A stretch of DNA of 64,000 nt from a virus: the IMG/VR virus record IMGVR_UViG_3300047160_005727, positions 64,001-128,000 of that record; one strand, written 5' to 3'. The position numbers and the translations under genes are program-made. The notes under the pieces were generated by a model that worked only from the letters and a program-made list of their open reading frames with translations, was not told where the DNA came from and did no database searches. Positions 58,193 to 64,000 of the stretch are shown here, piece by piece. Positions within the stretch are counted from its first letter, which is position 1, and each line of letters starts with the position of its first letter.

Positions 58193-58398
58193 CAGGCTCG
58201 CACAGAGCTGAGCAGCTCCCAGACACCAAAAGCTCGGCACAAATACAGGACAACGATCAAGACCAGCAGGCCATAAGCCAGGGTGATGATCCACCGCGGA
58301 TAGCTGAGCTTCGGCCCCAGAAACTTGTCGGCCAGGGCGATCAAACCCGCTGCAATGATAAACGCGACGACGACTAGCAGGACTTGAAGCAAACTCAC
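58192..58398 (-). CDS. Small two-TM membrane protein
   Basis: 68 aa with two hydrophobic helices; overlaps both neighbours. Confidence 0.65.
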   Translation of the reverse strand: MSLLQVLLVVVAFIIAAGLIALADKFLGPKLSYPRWIITLAYGLLVLIVVLYLCRAFGVWELLSSVRA

Positions 58399-59570
58399 AG
58401 AGCACCTCCCGATCGGTGAGCGGCAGCCAGCGTCAGCAGGTCGTGACTGGTGAGCCCTTCGCGGGCGCCGGCCTCTTTGGCGAACGTGCGTATGCCGACA
58501 TCTTTACACAGCTCATCGAAGGCACGAGCATCACCCAGAGGCAGGGTCGGGATGATCTCGGCGGCCTTGGTGGCGTCGACGTGAATGCCATCGCCGTTGA
58601 CGGCGTCGGCCAGTTCGTCGCCCATGTAACGCCGCACGTCCTTGGTCCGCAGTCGGGCCAGGTCGTCACGATCGTAGACCGCGCCTGTTGTGGTGTGCAA
58701 ATGCTGTTCCGCCAGCGACGAAGCTGTCTTGCGAGTGATGACGAATAGCACATCCTCGGCGCGCGGTACCGTCGGGCTGTACTCGCGGATGTGCAGATGC
58801 CGATCCAGCTTGTCGATCGTCTCGGCAACTTTAGCCAGGCTGGTTGGTCGCCGCGACGTCTGGGGGTCTTTCATGATCAGCGCCGCCATCTTCATCAGCT
58901 CGTCGGCCAGGACCGGATCCTGGGAGCGAGCGATCGTGGCCCTGTCGGTGACGAGCTTGGCTGCCTGGGCCGCACTGCATCCGCCGAAGCCGGCGGTCCG
59001 CTCGAGAAACTCGTCGTGGTCACCCAAGGCAGCGCCATAGCGCGCAGCCTTCTGGAGTACCTTGCGCGCCATCAACTGGCGATCGGGGAAGGTGAACTCA
59101 TCACGCCATTTGTGCAGATACTCAGCCGCGGTCTTGACCTCGATCGCGTTGCGCAAAGGCAGGTGCCGCTCCTTGCCTTGTACCCAGGCAAAGTCGTCGT
59201 CGGTCAGCTTGGAGAGATCGTCTCTCGCCATGACCGCAGCCTTCTTCTTCAGGTCGGCGACCGGAGTCGCTATGCTCCAGTAGTCGGCTGCTTCCATGAG
59301 GCGGGCTTCGATCTTGGCCGCATCAAGTTTTGGCAGGGCCGCCTGCTTCTCGTAGAAGAAGCATGATGACAACCAGGTTGCAGCCTTGGTATGCATGGGG
59401 TAGCGTCGGTTGCGCTGGTCAGCGAACAGATGGGGCATAAGCCCATCCTGACCGCACAACTGATCAACGGAAGCGCTTTTGACAAACTCAGGTGCCTCAT
59501 AGAGCTGGCAAATGCGATACTGCTCCTGCCCATTGAGGTCAAGCGTCTGATCAAGGATCGGCTGTGTCAC
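58395..59570 (-). CDS. Conserved phage protein, possibly head-associated
   Basis: GTG start with SD GGGAGG; internal repeat RYPMHTKAATWLS / RHLPLRNAIEVKTAA; several K-x-A sites. Confidence 0.6.
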   Translation of the reverse strand: MTQPILDQTLDLNGQEQYRICQLYEAPEFVKSASVDQLCGQDGLMPHLFADQRNRRYPMHTKAATWLSSCFFYEKQAALPKLDAAKIEARLMEAADYWSIATPVADLKKKAAVMARDDLSKLTDDDFAWVQGKERHLPLRNAIEVKTAAEYLHKWRDEFTFPDRQLMARKVLQKAARYGAALGDHDEFLERTAGFGGCSAAQAAKLVTDRATIARSQDPVLADELMKMAALIMKDPQTSRRPTSLAKVAETIDKLDRHLHIREYSPTVPRAEDVLFVITRKTASSLAEQHLHTTTGAVYDRDDLARLRTKDVRRYMGDELADAVNGDGIHVDATKAAEIIPTLPLGDARAFDELCKDVGIRTFAKEAGAREGLTSHDLLTLAAAHRSGGAL

Positions 59571-62278
59571 GGCAACGTCCCTCCCTGAACAACTACATTC
59601 CGTGGACGAGCGTCTTACCGGTACTCGGCGTGACGATCGACGGTTCGGCACTCCCGACCGTCGTGTGCTGCCCTGTGTGCCAGCGTCAAGCGCTCACAGT
59701 TTACAAAGAGCCGGCCAAGTACGGCCAGTGGTACCATTGTACCGGATGCGGGTTCGCTGGTGATGGCGTCGAGCTGACAGCAGCTGTTGGTGAGATCTCG
59801 CCGGGCAGTGCCCTGCTCAAGCTGGCTGCCCGTGGGCTGCCTATACCGGAAGAGATACTGACGCCTGCCGAGGTCGATCGCTACGTCAAGAAGGTCGAGT
59901 TTCGCAAGCGAGTTCTGGCCTTCTGGGAGAAGGCTCGTACGAACACTGATGATATCGGCAACACAGGCCCGGCCCAGCGCCGGCTAGGCATCGCTCCCGG
60001 CGCCATGCACTCACCCGAATGGCCCAAGCGAGGTGGCCGGTTCGTAGGCCACTGCAAGCACATCGACGTTGAAGAGCTGCTGCGTCCTGCCGTCATGAAC
60101 TATCGACACAAGGTCGGCAGAAACAGTACCGGAAACGTGGGCTGGTGCCCGCTGTTCGTAGGCCGAGGTTGGGGTGATCTCCTGGTCATCCCGTACCAGG
60201 ATGTGCCAGGTCGTATCTCCGGGCTCCTGGTCGTCGGCCGCGAAGCTGTTTGGCCTACAGACTTCGTCTTTGCCCACTGCACTACAGCTGGCAGGCCGTG
60301 GGCTACCGGCATAGCAATGTTCGACGCAGCTGTGCCGCTGCATCACGAGTTTGGCGACACAGTCTTCGTGCTCGAAGATCCGGTTCTGGCGGTACGGATC
60401 CAACTCCGGCATCTAGCATCGTCCGATGTGCCACTACCACTCGTGGGATCGTGGGGCTCGCCGGAGATGCAGTCCATCTGGACGGCTCGGCCGAAGCGGA
60501 ACCTGGTGCACTGGTCACCTGAACCAGACGGTAAGCTGATCGCGCGAGCGCGACTCTCCGGCGGGCGCGTTGCGTTGGCGCCGACCGGTACAGCCGTCGC
60601 GGGGCATCTGGAGCGATGCAGGCCGACACTGGCTCTCCAGAACATGTTGGCGGCTGCCAAGCCCTGGGATGACAGCCTGGAGGTTCTCCTTGGCCAGTTG
60701 GCGCCGGCCAAGGCCGAAGAGATGGTTCTCGGGTTGAAGCTCAAGCCCGACGAAACTTCGAGCTTCCTGCGCGCTTGTGCTGACGATACACGTGTACGTT
60801 TGGCCGCTCTGTTCACAGATGCAGGTAAGCCCCGAGGTGTGACCATCAGCGGCAAGACGGTCACCGAGTCCGGCGGGGCCTGGCGGGTCGCCAAGACTGG
60901 AGAGCTAGTCCTTGATGCCGTCCTGCGGATCGAGCAGGTGATCCGGTCGGCCTCTGGCAGTGTCTCTTATCGCGGCCGCATCGAATACAAGGGGCAGTCA
61001 GTGCCGTTCTGGGCACCGGACAAGGAGATCGAGAAGGATACGATGCGCTGGATCCGGACCAAGGTGGGTCAGGCTGGGCTCGGCGAAGTCATACTCGGCA
61101 GCATCTTCTGGTCCAGGCATCTCATGGGTATCGCACAGCAGCTCGAACCTCCGCAGGCTGTACGAGGTCTTGACGTCGTTGGGTGGGATGATGCTCGTAA
61201 CGCCTTCGCGCTGCCCAAGTTTGTGCTTCACGGCAACGGCGACATCGTGGCACCTGACTACGTCGTGCCGCCCGAGGCTATTATCCCTGGTGCCGGTTTG
61301 GCACCACCAGAAGCTCTAACACCCAGGGCCCGGGTAGACCTGGTATGGGGTGATACACCCAACGAGCTGTTCTGGGCGGCGGCCACTTGCCTGCTCACGG
61401 ACATCTTGGCGCCAGCTTTGGGGCTGCCCAGGTCTTCGATCGCTCTGGTTGGTGATGGCGCCATTGGTGTTGGCGCCGCCACGGCGCTGGCATTCGGTTG
61501 CATCACGGCAAAGATACCGACCGAGTATAACACTGTCATATCTATGCACACTTATGAACTGTTGAGCGCACATCGCTGGCCAACCCTGATGCGACGGCCT
61601 GATGCCCCGACTGCTACCTTGAACGCCCGTGGCATAGCGCAGTTTCCGAACGGGATCGTCGCAGCTGTCACATCGCTGGCAGCAGATACACTGGCGCTGA
61701 CTGGTGGCTGGCATGTGATCACGGGCAACCAGCCTGCATCTACAGCGCGTGCCGCTGAACATGGTGCCACGATACTCCGAGCATACTTGAAGGACATCTG
61801 TGATCGGCGGCTAACCCTGGAAGTCACCAGTACACTGCTCGACGCAGTCCACGCCGATCTGGTCGCCTGGTACGGCCGGGTGGCTGCTCCGCGCGCCGTC
61901 ATCGGATCAAGGAAGTACATCTGCGCCGACGATCCATCGGAACATCCAAACCGGTTCGGCCGGCTTGTATGCCGCTTGATCGCTTGTGGGGAGCTACGCC
62001 TGGCCCAGCCGGGCACCAACAACCTGAAGGTCATCGCCAGACTGGGGGATGACCGGGTTCACATTCCAAAGTGGAGCTTCAACGAAAGCCTCACCAAGAA
62101 GCACGCCATCGCGTTGGATGCCGACGCGATCTCTACGCGGCTACGCGCAGCAGGGATCCTGCTCGAGGAGCGGGAGCAAGACTACACGCCTGGCTGGGTC
62201 GTCTCCGAACGCTGGCTGCGCCAGTTTACGGACGGCCGCCAGCAGGATGACAAGAACGACTTCAGCGTTGTCACTTAG
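59564..62278 (+). CDS. Large primase/helicase-like protein with N-terminal zinc finger (catalytic motifs look degenerate)
   Basis: CPVC...WYHCTGCGFAGDGVEL resembles the DnaG CHC2 finger; LLVIPYQDVPGRISGL; DUF927-like middle (VVGWD...F.LP). Confidence 0.55.
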   Translation: MSRQRPSLNNYIPWTSVLPVLGVTIDGSALPTVVCCPVCQRQALTVYKEPAKYGQWYHCTGCGFAGDGVELTAAVGEISPGSALLKLAARGLPIPEEILTPAEVDRYVKKVEFRKRVLAFWEKARTNTDDIGNTGPAQRRLGIAPGAMHSPEWPKRGGRFVGHCKHIDVEELLRPAVMNYRHKVGRNSTGNVGWCPLFVGRGWGDLLVIPYQDVPGRISGLLVVGREAVWPTDFVFAHCTTAGRPWATGIAMFDAAVPLHHEFGDTVFVLEDPVLAVRIQLRHLASSDVPLPLVGSWGSPEMQSIWTARPKRNLVHWSPEPDGKLIARARLSGGRVALAPTGTAVAGHLERCRPTLALQNMLAAAKPWDDSLEVLLGQLAPAKAEEMVLGLKLKPDETSSFLRACADDTRVRLAALFTDAGKPRGVTISGKTVTESGGAWRVAKTGELVLDAVLRIEQVIRSASGSVSYRGRIEYKGQSVPFWAPDKEIEKDTMRWIRTKVGQAGLGEVILGSIFWSRHLMGIAQQLEPPQAVRGLDVVGWDDARNAFALPKFVLHGNGDIVAPDYVVPPEAIIPGAGLAPPEALTPRARVDLVWGDTPNELFWAAATCLLTDILAPALGLPRSSIALVGDGAIGVGAATALAFGCITAKIPTEYNTVISMHTYELLSAHRWPTLMRRPDAPTATLNARGIAQFPNGIVAAVTSLAADTLALTGGWHVITGNQPASTARAAEHGATILRAYLKDICDRRLTLEVTSTLLDAVHADLVAWYGRVAAPRAVIGSRKYICADDPSEHPNRFGRLVCRLIACGELRLAQPGTNNLKVIARLGDDRVHIPKWSFNESLTKKHAIALDADAISTRLRAAGILLEEREQDYTPGWVVSERWLRQFTDGRQQDDKNDFSVVT

Positions 62279-62288
62279 GAGCATTAAC

Positions 62289-62558
62289 ATGAGCGGTCCG
62301 TTCAACTGGAGTAGTTTCCAACAAGTCCACCCTACCCGCGCCGAGGTCCAGCGCGCATCCGAGGTGGGAGAAGACGAAGACGACCTCGACGACATCGAAG
62401 AAGTGGAAGATGACGATGACTTCGATGACGATGATGATGATGATGACGAACTTGACGACGATCTTGATGACGACGACGATGACGACATCGACGATGACGA
62501 AGACGACGAAGACGACGAGCCGGCCGACATCGAGGATGCGCTGGAAGAGGTCGTCTGA
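62289..62558 (+). CDS. Small, extremely acidic (poly-Asp) protein
   Basis: 89 aa, about 50 of them D/E; SD AGGAG. Confidence 0.75.
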   Translation: MSGPFNWSSFQQVHPTRAEVQRASEVGEDEDDLDDIEEVEDDDDFDDDDDDDDELDDDLDDDDDDDIDDDEDDEDDEPADIEDALEEVV

Positions 62559-62560
62559 CC

Positions 62561-62575
62561 GTTACGCGGCGTATC
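62561..62575. promoter_or_regulatory. 15-bp palindromic site, copy 6 (GTTACGCGGCGTATC)
   Basis: Intergenic, just before SD GGAGG and ATG 62589; identical to copy 2. Confidence 0.65.
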
Positions 62576-62588
62576 AGGGAGGAGCAAC

Positions 62589-62819
62589 ATGGCCGGGATC
62601 TGGATCAGTGGCGCTGTCATCATCACGTCCGTGATCTCGATCATGGTCATCCGATGGTGGCCTGTTCGCAGGCCGCCATCGGCCTCCCCGTCTGATCCGC
62701 GTGTTCGCTGTTGGCGCCAGCACGTCAAGGGCCGGAGAAGTATCCGCCATCCGCGCGGACATCGTCATCGGTCCATCCCACCTCGGCATTCCCGGCCTGT
62801 CGAACCTGATAAGCCGTGA
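62589..62819 (+). CDS. Small TM protein (uncertain)
   Basis: Strong SD and hydrophobic N-terminus, but its 3' end overlaps the terminase end by 95 nt. Confidence 0.4.
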   Translation: MAGIWISGAVIITSVISIMVIRWWPVRRPPSASPSDPRVRCWRQHVKGRRSIRHPRGHRHRSIPPRHSRPVEPDKP

Positions 62820-64000
62820 GTCGGTAGTTGGCGCCGATCGCGAAGTCGGGCCAGGCATCGTTGGCGTGCCAAATGGCCGCACAGCCCAAATTCACCGCCT
62901 GGGCGAAGTCGTCGGTAAAACCCTGCGCGCGCTTGATGAGGTAAATATCGCCTGCATGCGTTCCTGGCCGTTTTTCGTCGATCAGCGCTAAAAAGTCGTG
63001 AAGCAGTCCTGGGATGTCATCGGACTTGAAGTCATATTTGAAGAAACGGACCAGTCGCAGCTTTATCGAAGAAGTTACGTAAAGCAGGCTACGGGTCTTA
63101 TCCAGCGAATACCAGGTTCGCTGGTGCTGGACCGTAGGCTGATGAAACGTCATGAGCGAGTGAGTTGCCGATCGGACATACTGGATCGGAATGATCCGGT
63201 CGAGTGGTACACCAGCCTGCACCAGGAATGTCTCACGGAGGATGCCAGCGCCGGTATAGTCGTGTGCGACGTACGAGGGCTCGAACAGCTTGAAGTAGTT
63301 GAGGATCTCCTTGGCTTCCTGGATGTGCTCATGGGGGTTCAAGAGCCGTCGGCCCCAGAGCACATCGATCTTACCGTCGTTGCGAAACCCGAGCAGGGCC
63401 AAGACCGTGAATGACACCCCGTCTTCACCACCGCCGCCCCAGTCGATCCCCAGCACGGTCGTCCGGTAGGTGCGCAGCCACGCGAAGACTTCTTCGCACG
63501 GCTCCAGCGGGTTGTTCTCCCAGGGTAGCTCGGCCGCGGCCTGGAGATCAGGCAGCGTCAGCAGCTGGTTGCCCGTTGCCGATGACTCGCCCAGGATCTC
63601 GTTGATGAAAACGTGCGGTGCCGTGTTCGCGGCACCTTCCCGCTTCTGGAGCAGTTCTGACCATTTCTTGGGGATCGCGTAGTGCAGGGGCATGATCGGC
63701 TGGGGCACATGTAGTCCCAAGCGGTCCCAGCGGCGATCAGGGTGCCGGTGCACCCAGCGGCCATATCGCGGGTTGATCGGTTTTCGGCATTTGTGGCAGA
63801 TGGTGCCCGGGCTGGCCTCGGAGATGTCATCCCGGAACGGGCCCAGCATCTTCTCCAGGTGATGCTCCAGGCTGGCGATATTCCAAGTACCGCAGGCGAA
63901 ACACGGCGTGAACCACTCGGCCCGGCTCGATCTCATCCACTCCCCGTGAATGAAGTTATCGAGTGTCTTAGGGGTGCCCGTGATCTGGGTGATCCCGTAC
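62725..64000 (-). CDS. terL: Terminase large subunit (gpA-like), 5'-truncated
   Basis: Frame open to the window edge (TGTPKTLDN), two CxxC pairs, GRWV, FINEILG, nuclease motif VLGIDWG, and DDFAQAVN. Confidence 0.85.
   Translation of the reverse strand, partial: YGITQITGTPKTLDNFIHGEWMRSSRAEWFTPCFACGTWNIASLEHHLEKMLGPFRDDISEASPGTICHKCRKPINPRYGRWVHRHPDRRWDRLGLHVPQPIMPLHYAIPKKWSELLQKREGAANTAPHVFINEILGESSATGNQLLTLPDLQAAAELPWENNPLEPCEEVFAWLRTYRTTVLGIDWGGGGEDGVSFTVLALLGFRNDGKIDVLWGRRLLNPHEHIQEAKEILNYFKLFEPSYVAHDYTGAGILRETFLVQAGVPLDRIIPIQYVRSATHSLMTFHQPTVQHQRTWYSLDKTRSLLYVTSSIKLRLVRFFKYDFKSDDIPGLLHDFLALIDEKRPGTHAGDIYLIKRAQGFTDDFAQAVNLGCAAIWHANDAWPDFAIGANYRLTAYQVRQAGNAEVGWTDDDVRADGGYFSGP

Noticed and set aside
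58192-58398. Holin call for the two-TM protein
   Set aside because: No endolysin or spanin nearby; topology alone is insufficient.

Overview
A 64-kb piece of a large, high-GC, contractile-tailed (myovirus-type, probably jumbo) phage genome read in the standard genetic code. 1-38.3 kb (+) is one tightly packed virion operon: a His-repeat/LamG fibre, neck proteins, a 920-aa sheath, tube, gp5/VgrG-like spike, tail chaperone pair, tape measure, baseplate genes with an embedded FliA-like sigma factor, five paralogous Cys-rich fibre/baseplate proteins and a collagen-like protein. 38.3-56 kb (+) is an accessory region of small genes separated by terminators and a recurring promoter-like motif. It contains a PEP-CTERM surface protein, two structured RNA candidates, a Ycf46-like AAA+ ATPase module, tandem SWIM zinc-finger genes and a GP88-like protein. 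56-64 kb holds a minus-strand glycosyltransferase plus two methyltransferases, a probable head-associated protein, a degenerate primase/helicase-like gene, a poly-Asp protein and the 3' part of the terminase large subunit. Several clues point to a Planctomycetota host (inference). Most novel signals: (1) a C-terminal tag R-x-R-x-[VI]-[DN]-[TV] shared by the AAA+ ATPase and three downstream proteins; (2) six copies of the 15-bp palindrome RWTACGC-N-GCGTAWY; (3) a CTRAA-N16/17-GTCAT promoter motif, each copy followed by a 5' hairpin; (4) a promoter-to-terminator ~140-nt structured RNA directly upstream of the phage-borne PEP-CTERM gene; (5) a switch-like leader built on GACCGACC/GGTCGGTC pairing. 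All family names were recognised by eye; no database searches were run.
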